DNA of 64,000 bases. Origin: Calditrichia bacterium (GTDB lineage: Bacteria > Calditrichota > Calditrichia > JAJRVZ01). The position numbers and the translations under genes were made by a program. Shown here piece by piece: positions 11,351 through 23,785 of the stretch (position 1 is its first letter; each line of letters starts with the position of its first letter). Under the pieces are notes generated by a model. It was given only the letters and a program-made list of their open reading frames with translations, ran no database searches and had not been told where the DNA came from. The stretch lies in NCBI GenBank assembly GCA_963796965.1, contig CAWCNS010000004.1:544001-608000 (forward strand), written 5' to 3'.

Positions 11351-14300
11351 ATGAAAAAATCTGATATGAATGAAATTAAGGATAGACAAAATGAATTAAA
11401 AGGGAAATTGGGCATTCTGATATTTGTTTTCATATCAATTTGTTTGACACATCTCCCCGGAGTTTCCAATGCCAGCACAATCCAATGGCAATTCCGTGCT
11501 CAATTTGGAGAATCGGATAGCTCACCGGCTGTCGGCGACCTGGATGATGATGGTGTGCTTGATCTGGTTTTTTGCAGTACTTCCGGGCGTATTTTTGCCC
11601 TGGATGCCAATGGCCGTCAAAAATGGTATTTTGACACGGGCCAAACGATCAGCAATGCCCCGACGCTGACAGATCTGAATACAAAACGGCCAAAGGTTTT
11701 TGCGATAACAAATCCGGGTAAAATATTTTGCCTGGATGGTGAGTCGGGTTCTCGTTTATGGGATTATACAATGCCTGCTGCTGTTGACTGGGGATCTACT
11801 CTGATCGCTTCCGCTAATCTTGACAAAAATGAAGGAACCGAAATAGTTGTGGCTGATAAAAAGGGCAATCTGGTTTGTCTCAACGATCAGGGATCACAAA
11901 TCTGGACGACAAAATATAAGAATGGGTTCAATTCGGCTCCGGCCATTGCTGATCTGTATGGCGATGGAGATCTCGAAATTCTCATAGGTACGACAGTTTC
12001 TCCACTGGTCTGTTTTTCAGGTAAAGGAAAAGAGCTGTGGCGTTTAAATGAAAGCGGATCAGTTGGATCAAGTCCCCTCGTCTGTGATCTTAACCATGAT
12101 AAAAAGCCCGATATTCTTGTCGGTCAAAATCAGGGACTTACCATGGTTGATAACCGTGGTAAGGTGCAGTGGCATTATGAAATGCGCAAAAATATCCATG
12201 ATGCGATTGCTGTAGGTGATATTAATAATGATGGTATGGAAGAGATCATAGTGGTTGATCTCTTCGGTAAGACGGCCTGTCTTGATTATTCTGGTAAACT
12301 TCTCTGGACAGCAAATGTTGAACAGCGTGTCCGCCGCTCGCCGGCAATTGCTGATCTGGATGGCGATTTCGTACCTGAAATAATTATTGGCGGTTATAGC
12401 GCTGCTCTGCATATTTTTGATACTGATGGCAATTTAAAAGAACGAAAATCATTAAATAGAGCAATGAATTCATCACCTACAGTAGTTGATTTTCGGGGAG
12501 ATCAAAATCTAAGCCTCATCGTTGCAGCCGAAACTGATATTACGGCTTTTACCTGGTTGGATGGCAAACCAGAAGGAAGATTACCTGTTCTTTGGGGAGA
12601 ATACAGAGGCAATTCAGCGCGAAGCGGTTCAGTTGTAAAACGAACAAAATCGAAGGATGCTCAAATCCTCCATCTTGATTACGGTGGTCTTTATGTGGGC
12701 TCAAATGTGCTACAGGTTCACGTGGCAAATCCTAAAAAACAATCCTTAAGCATTGATCTGGAGATAAAGAAAAATAGTGAGAGGCCGCTCACTGCTTCCT
12801 ACACATTTTCTGATACAATTTTCAACTGTCGATTACCATATACAATAATCGGAAAAGCTGCGGTTAATATGAATTTCCGGATTCAACTCAGGTCAGGAAA
12901 ACAAATTTTAGCAAATCGAAATGAGACCTTTTACCTGGTCCCTTTTGCCAGAGATCTTGCTGATTTGCAACAGACATGTTCGGTAATCAATGAACTAATT
13001 CCCAATTTGACTGACCCTACCTATGCCCGTGATCAGGTAACTATTTTGAAGGCCCGACTGTTAACATTCGAAAAACAAACAAAATTAGCTGGTACGTTAT
13101 CCCCATTGGAACGCAGTTCATTACGCGATAATTTGAAAGATTTAAGAAATAAAGCAGATCAATTGAAAGCAATGACAAAATTAGCGGTGAAAGCAGGAAC
13201 CGTTATTGCCGTATATGAAGCGAATCCCTGGTCACCCTTTGGCGGGCGGGATGAGATCTTTGAAGAACGTACAAAAAAATCGGATCTTAAAATTGAAGCA
13301 TTTGGCGGTGAGACAGAATCTGCTGCGTTAAATCTGGCAAATTTTAGTAGCCAGCCTCTAACCATAAGAATTGAAGTGGATCCTTTACTCAGTCTGCAGG
13401 ATTCATCCAGAATATCGGCAAGGGGAATCTTAACATTACATGAAGTTCTGGATGTACCCACACAGGCCCTGGATCTTTCAGCAGATGCGTTGCCCTTACT
13501 TGGACAAGCTCAGACAATTGTTGTCCCTGCCTGGAATGTCAGGCAGGTCTGGCTTACTGTCAATTCTTCCGGTCTTAATCCGGGAGAATGGGAGGGCAAT
13601 CTGCGATTCCGTGCTTTGGATGTTAGCGCTTCGATAACAGAAGCTGAAATTCTCCCTAACGGTATGGGATACAAAATTACCAGCACAGCAGGAGTTAAAA
13701 CTTTGTCACTGGGGCTATGTACATACATCAATTTTAAAGGATCAGGCACAAGCAGCTTTTCTGGATCAGGTAAATCATGGTACGAATGTATTTGTTGCAA
13801 CCAATACCTTTGCACCCAGGGCAAGATTTGATAAAAATGGCGATATTATTGGTGAACTTGATTTTTCCGATCATGATCCCTACATGCGCCAACACGCTCA
13901 AGAGGGATTGATATTATTTTTCAATTATCAGGTCAGTTTAAAAGGTGATGCCGAAAGATTCAGTGCACCATGGCTGAAGGCCTATAAACAATGGTTAAAA
14001 GCCTGGGTTGAGCATTTACAGCAGATGAATATTGGCTATGATAAATACGCCCTATATCCGATTGATGAACCTGGATTAAGGGAGGGATTAGTCGATGATT
14101 TTATTGCCTACAGCAAACCGATTCGGGAGATTGACAAAAAGATCCAAATTTATACCGATCCGGTCGCAAATGCCTCATTAAGTGATTTGAAAAAAATGGC
14201 ACCTTATGTGGATATATGGTGTCCAAATCGCAATGGTTTTCTACTGGATATAGGTTTGGATAAATTAGCCTATATAAAGTCAACCGGAAAAACGGTCTGG

Positions 14301-14792
14301 ACATACGAATGCGCAGGCAATGCTAAACATCAATCCCCCCTCGGATATTATCGAAGCCAGTCTTGGTTAGCCTGGTATCATGGATTGAGTGGGATTGGTT
14401 TTTGGTCTTATTGTACTTCCCGTCACGATCCCTGGTATGTACCAAAAGGGGGGGCAGATTATTTGCTGATTTATCAGGGGGAAGGTGTGGTCACCAGCAA
14501 ACGCTGGGAAGCAATACGTGATGGTATTGAAGACTATGGTTTGTTGCTCATACTGAAGAATGCTGTCGATAAGTCCAAACAAAGCAAGGACTTACAAAAG
14601 ACGGTACAGTCAGCAGAAAGACTTTTAGCGAGGGAGACTGAGGTAATTGCCCGATTTTGTGGGATTGATGAAGCAGGAACGCTTCCTGGTGCTCAAGGGC
14701 TGGCAGTCGTAAGACAGGTGGAAGATAAACGGTGGCAGAAATATAAGGAAGTGCGCCGAAAAATTGCACAGTTATTGGATGAATTGAATTAG
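11351..14792 (+). CDS. FG-GAP/PQQ-like beta-propeller fused to a GH123-like (DUF4091-type) domain; apparent +1 frameshift at ~13648
   Basis: RBS AGGGAG before ATG 11351. Repeated S(S)PA(V/I)(G/A)DL(D/N)xDGxx(E/D) units. C-terminal YPIDEP, VDIWCP, VWTYEC, GIGFWSY and SKRWEAIRDGIEDY. Removing one A gives a continuous EFSLTVWDTKLPAQQ...DHDPYMRQH. Confidence 0.75.
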
Positions 14793-14833
14793 GGCAGTCA
14801 AAAATAATATCTATTAGTATAAAAACATATTTA

Positions 14834-14946
14834 CAACAGTATAATTCCCCCTTAAAAGGGGCTGTTGAAGATTAGATACTTTTGATAGAAAAAAGTGTTT
14901 ATCTGTTCGAGTGAGCAAAATCCATCTCCCTTTGACAAGGGGGAGA
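14834..14946. repeat. Paired CCCC..GGGG hairpins
   Basis: caacag..cccccttaaaagggg.ctgttg (14834-14867) and tctccctttgacaagggggaga (14925-14946). Confidence 0.6.
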
Positions 14947-15037
14947 CAGATCTTTCAGTTATTATAAATTGTTCCAATAATTCATTTATTTTAAGAGCCT
15001 CAGCAATAGGAGTAGTCATGTAAATAGTGGAGCTGTA

Positions 15038-17999
15038 ATGAAAGAATCAGAACAAAATAATAGTGAAAATGAATTGAAATTATTATTCTTATCAATCATT
15101 TTATTAATAGGCCTATGCCTCCCGACACTTGTATTCGCACAAAAACTGACCCCCGAAATGCTTGGGATGCCCCGGGAAGAAATAAGGTTTAGTGATAATC
15201 AACTACGTCTTTTTAATGGTAGGGGCTGTATTTATGTAAAGCAAAATAGTTTAACCGGGTTACATACAGTCCAATTTCCTCCTGTTGATATCCTTCAGTA
15301 CCAGTTCAGACTCGATTTTCGTGACGATACCCATGGAATAATGATGCAAGATAATGTCCCAGAACTTTGGGAGGACTGGAAGGAAAAAAGATCCGGTTAT
15401 GATCCTCTTGGCGTTAATTTCAGGGCTGGATATCCTTATGCCATTTTGAGCCAGAATGAATACTGGAAACCGAATTCATATTACCGGGAGGGGACTTATC
15501 ATAAAAAATACGGGAAGAATTGGGTCTCCTTTGGAATTGAGACTGAAACGGTGGTTTCCGGAAGTGAGGATGAAGTCTATTTGGAGGTCAGGCTAATTAA
15601 CCGAAGTGATCAGCCTTTATCACTCACGATTATTCCGGTTCAATATATCCGTTTTGAAGATTCTTCCTTACCCAGCAATGAAAAAATTTACCAAAAATCC
15701 GGCCCTTATGTCCTTCAGAATTCACAATTCCGTATCTCACTCAGTAGTGATTTGAAAGAAAGAAATGAGGACGGCTGGAAATGGAACTTATTAGCCGGGG
15801 ATTCAAAAACTGCTCGATTTGTGATTCATCTTCAGAAAGTTGAGGATGAAACGGCGGATATATTTCTTCCCGATATTGAAAAAGAAATGCAAAAAGCAGA
15901 GCAGATTACCAGAAAACGTCTGCAATGGGCAGCAAAAAATTTGCCTGTCATTAAAACAGAACACAAAAATCTCGATGAATTTTATAAACGGTGTATTCTC
16001 ACTGTGTCAGAATGCAAATGGGAGCGGGAGAATTTTATTGTAAATCCGTTTTGGACGGCAGGATCGTGGCTCTATACTATTCCCTGGGACATCTGTTTTC
16101 TCAGTGATGTACTTACTATAATGAGTCCTGAAAGTATGCGTGAAACCATTGGATTGTCATTCAGTGAAGAGGATCTTGTTTGTTCCAATATGGGTTGGGA
16201 TGGATGTGCGGCCGGGGTCTTCTATATTATGCAACCTTTTGCCTTAAAAATTATGATCGATGCCTATCTGCGTCAAACCGGTGATGTGAATTTTCTTCAA
16301 TCAAAGATATCCGGGCAGACGATACTCTATTGGATGAAAGCATGGGGAGATATTCTATTAACTGATTTTACTTCCAAAACGAGTGGGATGCTGGATATCG
16401 GGCAGGATACGGAAGCCCTGGTTGAAATCCGTACCGATGGTCTTGACTATATCGTACCGGTTCTGAATGGACATGGCGTTGTCTATTATCGCTGGTTGGC
16501 AGAGTGGTGCAAGAAATTTGATGATGCAGATAGTACAAAATTTCATAGAGAAGCCCTGGAATTGGAACAGCGGTTTCATGAAAACTTATGGAATCCCAAA
16601 CACCGTTGGTTTGATAATCTTTATCCCGATGGCGGGCGAAAACCTGTTTACTCAAATCACCTTTTTGATTTGATCGGTCTGGATGTTATGAATGGGGAAG
16701 AACGACTTGGTCTTTTATCCCATCTGAATGACAATGAATTTTTGGGACCCTATAGTATCTATTCCATGTCGCGACAAGATCGTGAACACTGGGACCGCGT
16801 TGACACAGATTGGGGTGGTGGTGGATCATATACCGGTATCCCCATGCAGCTGGTCAGAAATTTATACCAATCGGGTATGGGGCAGTTAGCCTGGACAATT
16901 CTAAGCCGTTTTACCGGGTACGTTGATCATTTTCCCTATATCTCTCAAAATTTTCGGGCTGACGAACTTTTTCAGGATGAATCTTCTATGCCCATGGCCA
17001 TTTGTGCCGGTGCCGGCGTTGAGGCAATTGTCTTTGGATTATTTGGGTTGACCCCCCATGTGGATGGCACCTTAGATATTCATCCTTATTATTCTCATGA
17101 ACTTGGTGTTGCTAACCTGGTTGACTATCAGTTCCGCGGGCATAGTTATGATATTGAAATGGATAGATATGGCTTTAAACTCAAGCGTGATAAGCAGATG
17201 GTTGGCGCATATAATCATGGTGAAACAGTACGGGTCTGGCCGGATGGTCGGATTCTTTGCCATAAAAAAATGTATGCAGTCAATACCTACCGCTGATACA
17301 GAGCAATTTGTATTTGTTGATAGAAAAAAAATTGCACTAAAAACGTCCACAACAGATGCTTCCATCTTTTACACTCTTGATGGCAGCAAACCCGACAGCC
17401 AAAGTACACCCTATAAGGATCCATTCTCCATCTCTGAAAGTTGTCAGTTGAATGCAATTGCTCTGCACCCGAATTTACAAGCCAGTGATGTGTCAACGAT
17501 TTATTTTGAAAAAGTTGACGCATCTGAAATTGAATCTCCTCCCCTGATGATTAAAGATTTTCTTATCTCACAATCCTACCATGGATATACAGGGCCGGAA
17601 GGGAAAAACGAATATCCGTTGGATAAATCTGATATTGTCTGGAAAAAAGCAAATGTGGATGAAAAAGGTATCGTCTGGTTAAGCCAGCAACTCAAACCCT
17701 TTGATCACTGCCATGCTTTCGCTGTAACCGGTATCGTGAGTGATGAGGAAGTAAAGACTGTTCTGATGACAGGGACAAATGATGGCGCTTTTATTTGGTT
17801 GAATGGCAAATTAATTCTTGATAGTTACAGGGAGCGTCCTCTGTATTATAATCAATTTCAAATTCCGATTACTCTGAACAAAGGGAAAAACACCCTTGTG
17901 TTAATGGTTATGCAGGCTGGAGGGAGTTGGGGTTTTCATGTTAATCTTAAAGCAACAGAAAACAATCTGAATGTTGTCTTACCTGAGATAGGAAGATAA
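15038..17999 (+). CDS. (alpha/alpha)6 glycoside hydrolase (GH63/MGH1-like) with Fn3-associated (CHB_HEX_C-like) and C-terminal PA14-like beta-sandwich domains; apparent +1 frameshift at ~17270-17290
   Basis: Signal peptide. Motifs IPWDICF, LWNPKHRWFD, EFLGPYSIYS, DWGGGG and LFGLTP. The downstream frame has IFYTLDGSKP..STPYKDPFSI and GTNDGAFIWLNG..LNKGKNTL..GGSWGF. Confidence 0.65.
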
Positions 18000-18000
18000 A

Positions 18001-20284
18001 ATGCATCGATTTCTATTCTTTTCAATTTTCATTTTTGGTGGTTTGTTTTGCACACAATGCAACACCCAGCCAGGTGCACCTGAGGGATTGATCTGTGAGT
18101 TATTACGTGCCCCTGAAAAGGCTGTGATCACTGATCCGCAACCTGAGTTTGGCTGGATTGTCAATGATAGCCGTCGGGGGGCTGCTCAATCGGCCTGGCA
18201 GATACTTGTTGCTACCAGCCGGGAATTACTCAATAGTGAAAAAGGAGATATGTGGGATTCCGGCAAAATTATGTCAGATCAATCCATAAATCTCGAATAC
18301 CAGGGTAGGAATTTGCAGCCAAATAAATCTTATTATTGGAAGGTCAGAACCTGGGATGGAGAGAATATAGCCAGCCCCTATAGTGCTATTCAGGAGTTTC
18401 ATACCGGACGCTTGGTTGGTATGCTGCCTGAGAGTAAATGGATTCAGCGAGGAAAGACGGAATGGGTTTTAGAAAACCGGCAGCGGGCGGATTATCATGA
18501 AATTGATCCGAAAGAATTATCTCAATTAGGAAAGGGACATTATATAGCGGATTTTGGGAAAGCCGCGTTTGGCACACTTCAACTAACTATTTCGAGCCAG
18601 AAGAATAATGATTCATTAACTATTTATCTTGGCGAAAGAAAAACCTCCGAAAACCGGGTCGACCGAAATCTTGGACGGTCAAAAATTGCTCTTTACTCCT
18701 CATCGTTACAGTTAAAAAAAGGAACCCACACGTATTCGCTCACTATCACCCGGAAGATATCTCATTATCCCAACAGTCAGATCTTAGCAGAGCACATGCC
18801 TGAGGTGACGCCTTTTCGTTATGCGGAAATTGTCAATTCTCCCTCTGAAATCCAGGTTGGGGATATAAAACAAATAGCTCTTATTTTATTATTTTAATGA
18901 CAAATCATCGGCCTTTACCAGTTCTAATGAGACTATAAACCAGGTTTGGGATTTATGTAAATATACAATGAAGATGACCCCCTTTCTGGCTCTTTATGCT
19001 GATGGAAATCGTGAACGCATGCCCTATGAAGCAGATTCCTATATCCAACAGCTGGGACATTATGCGGTGGACCGGGAATATGCCGTTGCCCGATATACAC
19101 TTCAGTTTTTGCTTCGTAATCCCTCCTGGCCAACCGAATGGCATATGCATACGGTTCTGATGGCCTGGCATGATTATATGCAGACGGGAAATTCAGAATT
19201 ATTGCACAAGCATTTTTTTGATTTAAAGGCTAAAACTTTATTAGCTCTGGCAAGCGATGATGGTCTGATCAGTACCCTTAAAGGGGGCGTAACCACAGAT
19301 TTTTTACAAACCTTATATTACAAAGGAAGTAGTTTTCGTGACATCGTGGATTGGCCTCCGGGAACACCAAAAGGAGAAAGACAGCCGGGTAACCATGGGC
19401 CTCACCCGGAAGGAGAACGGGATGGTTATGTATTTATGCCTTATAATACGGTCGTAAATGCCTTCCATTATTATACCTTGATTCTAATGAAGGACATTTC
19501 AAGAGCGATTGATAAAATGGATGAAGCGCGTTGGTTTTCGGAACAGGCCAATCATGTAAAAGAAAGTTTTAACAAAAATTTCTTTGATGAAAAGAGAGGT
19601 ATATATTTTGATGGAATTGGATCAGATCACGCTTCTCTCCATGCCAATATGTTCCCTTTAGCCTTTGGTCTGGTACCTGAAGAGAAAGTCCTATCCGTGA
19701 TAGAATTTATCAAATCACGAGGTATGGCTTGTAGTGTATATGGTGCTCAATATTTGATGGAAGCCCTCTATAATGCAGGTGAAGACGATTATGCCCTGTC
19801 ATTGATGTCCTCCGAATCAAAGCGAAGTTGGATGAATATGCTTCGGGTGGGTTCGACGGTCTCAACGGAGGCCTGGGATGAATATTTTAAGCCTAATCTA
19901 ACCTGGAACCATGCCTGGGGCGCTGCTCCGGCCAATATAATTCCCAGACGAATGATGGGTATACGTCCCCTGGAACCAGCCTTTAAATTAGTAGAGATTA
20001 AACCACAACCGGGAAATCTGAAGAATGTAGAATTGCAAATGCCAACGATTAGGGGTCCCATCGTTATTAAATGGAAAAGGAATGGCGATACCTTTGAACT
20101 GAATTTAATCCTTCCTGCTAATATAAAAGCCAGGGTATGGCTTCCATCTCTTGCAAAAGATACCTTTAGAGAAAATGGTAAAAAAATCGATCAATGTGAA
20201 GATATTTTAGCCCTGGGCAAAGAAGAAGGATTTACAGGGTATGAGATTGGTGGCGGACAGTATTACTTTAGCGGTAAGTTTTAG
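18001..20284 (+). CDS. GH78 alpha-L-rhamnosidase; apparent +1 frameshift at ~18883
   Basis: Motifs MWDSGKI, DFGKAAFG, PFRYAEI, DGNRERMPYEAD, IVDWP, TEAWD and WNHAWGAAP. The join reads ALFYYFNDKSSAFTSSNETINQVWDLCKYTMKMT. Confidence 0.9.
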
Positions 20285-20321
20285 TTTTTTATCTATATTG
20301 TACTATCTGTCAGACCTATTT

Positions 20322-20435
20322 TAAACACAAAGGACACAAAGTATTCACAAAGTACACAAAGAATTATAGAATTAATATATTCAAAATTTTCATATTAAGT
20401 CATTCTCCCGATTGAAATTCGGGATTTCGGAATCT
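20322..20435. repeat. Solo CACAAAG-periodic left arm plus a GTCATT..GAATCT hairpin
   Basis: taaacacaaaggacacaaagtattcacaaagtacacaaag (20322-20361) and gtcattctcccgattgaaattcgggatttcggaatct (20399-20435). Confidence 0.75.
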
Positions 20436-20535
20436 ATCCACAATGTCCCAGAATTAGATTCAGAGTGGCAAATGATCATTTCAAAAATAAATTTTTAAGA
20501 AGTCTCGAAATAATAGAATACAAGTAAGGAAAAAT

Positions 20536-22296
20536 ATGAAAACATCAAGATTGATTCCTGGAATATTGATCTGTTTATTGCTTGCTATGCAGGCTTATGC
20601 CCAATCCGGTGAAACACCTTCTCTTCCCCAAGGAAAAAACCTTTCATTAGGTGGAGAATTCACAGGTACAGATGATAGTTTCACTTTTGGTATTATTGCA
20701 GACAGACACGGTGGTAATCCTCTCATTGGTTGGCCCTATTTCGAACAGGCAATTCGAGACATGAATTGGCTGCATCCTGACTTCGTTATAATGCCCGGCG
20801 ATTTGATTGATGGCTATATACGTCGGGAAGGTCCTGTGGGAGCAGCTAAGGATTTTAATGAGCAGTTTGATTTATTTGAACATTTTGCAAATAAGTTGGA
20901 GATGCCGCTTTATTTTGTTGCCGGCAATCATGATTTGTCCAACAATACAATGAAGGATCCTTTTATCAATCGATTTGGCAGGCTCTGGTACTCCTTTGAT
21001 TACAGAAATGTTCATTTTATCGCCCTGAATTCGGAAGCGCAACCAAATGAGGTTGGTCAGCAACATCACTTCACTGAGGAACAAGTCGACTGGGCGATTT
21101 CCGATATTGCCGCCAGTAAAGATTCCCGGCATACTATTATCTTTATGCATTATCCCGCCTGGCACAACCGAAACAGAGAATCCATCATGTATCGTCAATG
21201 GATGCGGATAGAGGAGAAATTAAAAGGTAGAAAATATACAGTCATTGCCGGTCATACCCATGATTTGTCCACATCATACCGCAACGGTAGGCCCTATTAT
21301 GTTATGGCGACCAGCGGAGGCAGCCAAATCAAACCACATAGTTTTTATTTGGGAGACATACATCATACAGCACTTGTGAAAGTAGAAGGTGATTCACTAT
21401 ACCTTTCCATTCTCGAGTTGGGTGCCACACATAGAATGGAACAAGTGAGTAGAAAGCGAAAGCCAGTTGAGAAAATAGAAATTACACGCTCATTAACATT
21501 TAATGGCAATAAATTTGAATCGGAATTTAAGGCGAAGGTTATCAATCCTGAGAACCGGGAAATCCTGGTAGAATTTACTATACAGGGATTATCCCCGGGA
21601 GGGTGGCAATCATCAAACGGTGACCGGTTGACGACGGTCATTGCACCGGGGGATACTGCTATCTTGCAAACCACGCTCACTGTTTCGGATCCGATGGCTT
21701 CATATCCACCAATTTTAAATATCTATGCAAAAATAGATGGTGTGAAGTTAGTAGAACATTGTGCTGAAGTACCTGTTTTTAAGAATGAGGATTACAGGGT
21801 CATCAACAAGTGGTATAGTGCTGCTCCTTTTGATGGCAATCCCATGAGTTATAAAAAAGCACCCTTTGATCCCAGAAGGGCCTTACCAGCGATGTTCAAA
21901 GATTTTGGTCCTGAGGCACAGGCATGGAATCTTGATGATCAATTTATTACAGGAATTGGCTGGAAGGAAATCCTGACAAATGAGAGAGGCCGGGTGGATC
22001 TTGCAAAAATATATGGCTCTTTGGTCAGCCCGGTCGGTTATGCTCTAGCATTTGTTGATAGTCCAGATGAAAGGTTAACTTATTTACGCTTTGCAGTTAA
22101 TGACTACGGCCGTATTTGGCTCAACGGAAAAACTATTGGTAAGGATGTTTATTTCTGGGAAGATGGAGAGGTTACAATTCCGGTCTGGTTAAAAAAGGGA
22201 AAAAACAAAATTATGGTTAAATCAGCAAATTGGTCCGGCAACTGGTATTTTATCCTGCAATTGGCTGATCCGGATCAATCCCTGCTGTTGGAATGA
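20536..22296 (+). CDS. Secreted calcineurin-like metallophosphoesterase with a C-terminal PA14-like beta-sandwich
   Basis: Signal peptide (AYA). Metal motifs ADRH, PGDLIDG, AGNHD, FMHYP and AGHTH. C-terminal NDYGRIWLNG..LKKGKNKI..SGNWYF. Confidence 0.85.
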   Translation: MKTSRLIPGILICLLLAMQAYAQSGETPSLPQGKNLSLGGEFTGTDDSFTFGIIADRHGGNPLIGWPYFEQAIRDMNWLHPDFVIMPGDLIDGYIRREGPVGAAKDFNEQFDLFEHFANKLEMPLYFVAGNHDLSNNTMKDPFINRFGRLWYSFDYRNVHFIALNSEAQPNEVGQQHHFTEEQVDWAISDIAASKDSRHTIIFMHYPAWHNRNRESIMYRQWMRIEEKLKGRKYTVIAGHTHDLSTSYRNGRPYYVMATSGGSQIKPHSFYLGDIHHTALVKVEGDSLYLSILELGATHRMEQVSRKRKPVEKIEITRSLTFNGNKFESEFKAKVINPENREILVEFTIQGLSPGGWQSSNGDRLTTVIAPGDTAILQTTLTVSDPMASYPPILNIYAKIDGVKLVEHCAEVPVFKNEDYRVINKWYSAAPFDGNPMSYKKAPFDPRRALPAMFKDFGPEAQAWNLDDQFITGIGWKEILTNERGRVDLAKIYGSLVSPVGYALAFVDSPDERLTYLRFAVNDYGRIWLNGKTIGKDVYFWEDGEVTIPVWLKKGKNKIMVKSANWSGNWYFILQLADPDQSLLLE

Positions 22297-22328
22297 AATT
22301 CTCTGGGGCGCAGAGCAATGAAGAGGAG

Positions 22329-22360
22329 TACTCGACTTCTCTTTTGAGAGAAGTCGAGTA
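22329..22360. repeat. Perfect 14-bp REP-like hairpin
   Basis: tactcgacttctct-tttg-agagaagtcgagta, with no downstream poly-T. Confidence 0.8.
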
Positions 22361-22397
22361 GTTAGGAAATAAGGGCTATAAAAAGGAGTATTAGCTT

Positions 22398-23696
22398 ATG
22401 AAATTGTTAAATTATTTTATCATTTTTTGCCTTTTATTTACTCTCTCATGCAAACGAGACTCATCACAATCTGCAAATCTATCTAAAAATATCACAAATA
22501 AAGAAATGGGGACAAAAATATTTTTACATAAAGAGGGGAAAGAACTTTTCCCTATCGGTTTTTATGAGTTACCGAATGATAACGCTAAATTACTTAGATA
22601 TAAACAAGCAGGAATAAATTTATTCCGCTGTTCAGGGAATGCCGATCTTGATAGAGTTGCCGCAGTTGACGCTTTTGGGTGGGTTAGCATTAAACTGCAG
22701 AAAAAAGATAATCAGAAAGTAATGGAGAAAGTAAAATCGGTAACAAATCACCCGGCGCTTGCCATCTGGGAAGGACCTGATGAAATTATACATTCGTTTA
22801 CCAGAGCGAGTGGATTATATCGCAAAACCGGTGTCTATAAAGAACCGGATGAATGGATAAAGCAAACCCCGAATGCTATTGAATATTCTGAAAGAAAAGG
22901 GAAAGAGATTTTGCAAGCCATAAATAAAAATATTCAAGAAATTCGAAAATTAGATAGTACAAACCGGCCCATCTGGATGAATGAAGCTACATATTGCGAT
23001 CTTAAATTTGTCAGGCAGTACACAGATGCCGTAGATATAATTGGAGTTGATAATTACCCTGTCAAAGAAAATAGTCGTAATATTACGGTTATTGGCGATA
23101 TAACAAAACGGTGGGGTAAAATTGGTCGTAATGAAAGAGCAGTCTTTATGGTATTGCAGGCGTTTTCCTGGAATGAGTTAGGCGACTACTATGGTGCAAA
23201 AAACGCTGTTTATCCATCATTTAAAGAATCTCGATTTATGGCTTACGACGCCATTGTTAACGGCGCCAGTGGTATTCTTTATTGGGGATCTCATTATTTA
23301 AAGAATGAATTATTCCTGGAGTCAATATTATCTTTAACCAGTGAATTGGATAGACTGCAGCCTTTCCTTGTGGAAGCTGATCAATTGGTTAAAATTGATC
23401 TTATAGAAGCAGAACATCAAGTTGATGACAAGGGTGTACAAGTGATTGCAAAACGCCATGGTGATGATTGGATAATCATTTTAGTCAATGAAGATAATCG
23501 TTCACATTTTGGAGTGGAAGTAAGCGGAATTGAATCGTTGAATGGAACTAACATGAAATTGCTTTATAGTACTGAAGAATATACCATCAAACATGGTGAG
23601 CTTATTACACGATTGATGCCATTGCAGGTTAAAGTTTTTGCAACCAGCTTAAATTGGCAATCAATAAATCTTGAAGGAAGAGATTTTCAAGAATAA
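22398..23696 (+). CDS. Uncharacterised TIM-barrel glycoside-hydrolase-like lipoprotein (paralog of 3850..5190)
   Basis: RBS AGGAG, lipobox TLSC. Motifs HPALAIWEGPDE, PIWMNEA, DIIGVDNYP, FMVLQAFSW and SRFMAYDAIVNGASGILYWG. Confidence 0.6.
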   Translation: MKLLNYFIIFCLLFTLSCKRDSSQSANLSKNITNKEMGTKIFLHKEGKELFPIGFYELPNDNAKLLRYKQAGINLFRCSGNADLDRVAAVDAFGWVSIKLQKKDNQKVMEKVKSVTNHPALAIWEGPDEIIHSFTRASGLYRKTGVYKEPDEWIKQTPNAIEYSERKGKEILQAINKNIQEIRKLDSTNRPIWMNEATYCDLKFVRQYTDAVDIIGVDNYPVKENSRNITVIGDITKRWGKIGRNERAVFMVLQAFSWNELGDYYGAKNAVYPSFKESRFMAYDAIVNGASGILYWGSHYLKNELFLESILSLTSELDRLQPFLVEADQLVKIDLIEAEHQVDDKGVQVIAKRHGDDWIIILVNEDNRSHFGVEVSGIESLNGTNMKLLYSTEEYTIKHGELITRLMPLQVKVFATSLNWQSINLEGRDFQE

Positions 23697-23785
23697 CCTT
23701 AGAAGAAATTATTTATTAAATTGGAATGAATATAAAATAATCGGCTTTTTATCAATCTTTTCAACCTTGTAAGACGAGGTTAACA

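Noticed and set aside
22329..22360. Intrinsic terminator calls for this and other hairpins
   Set aside because: They lack U-tracts, and several recur as dispersed families, so I report them as repeats.
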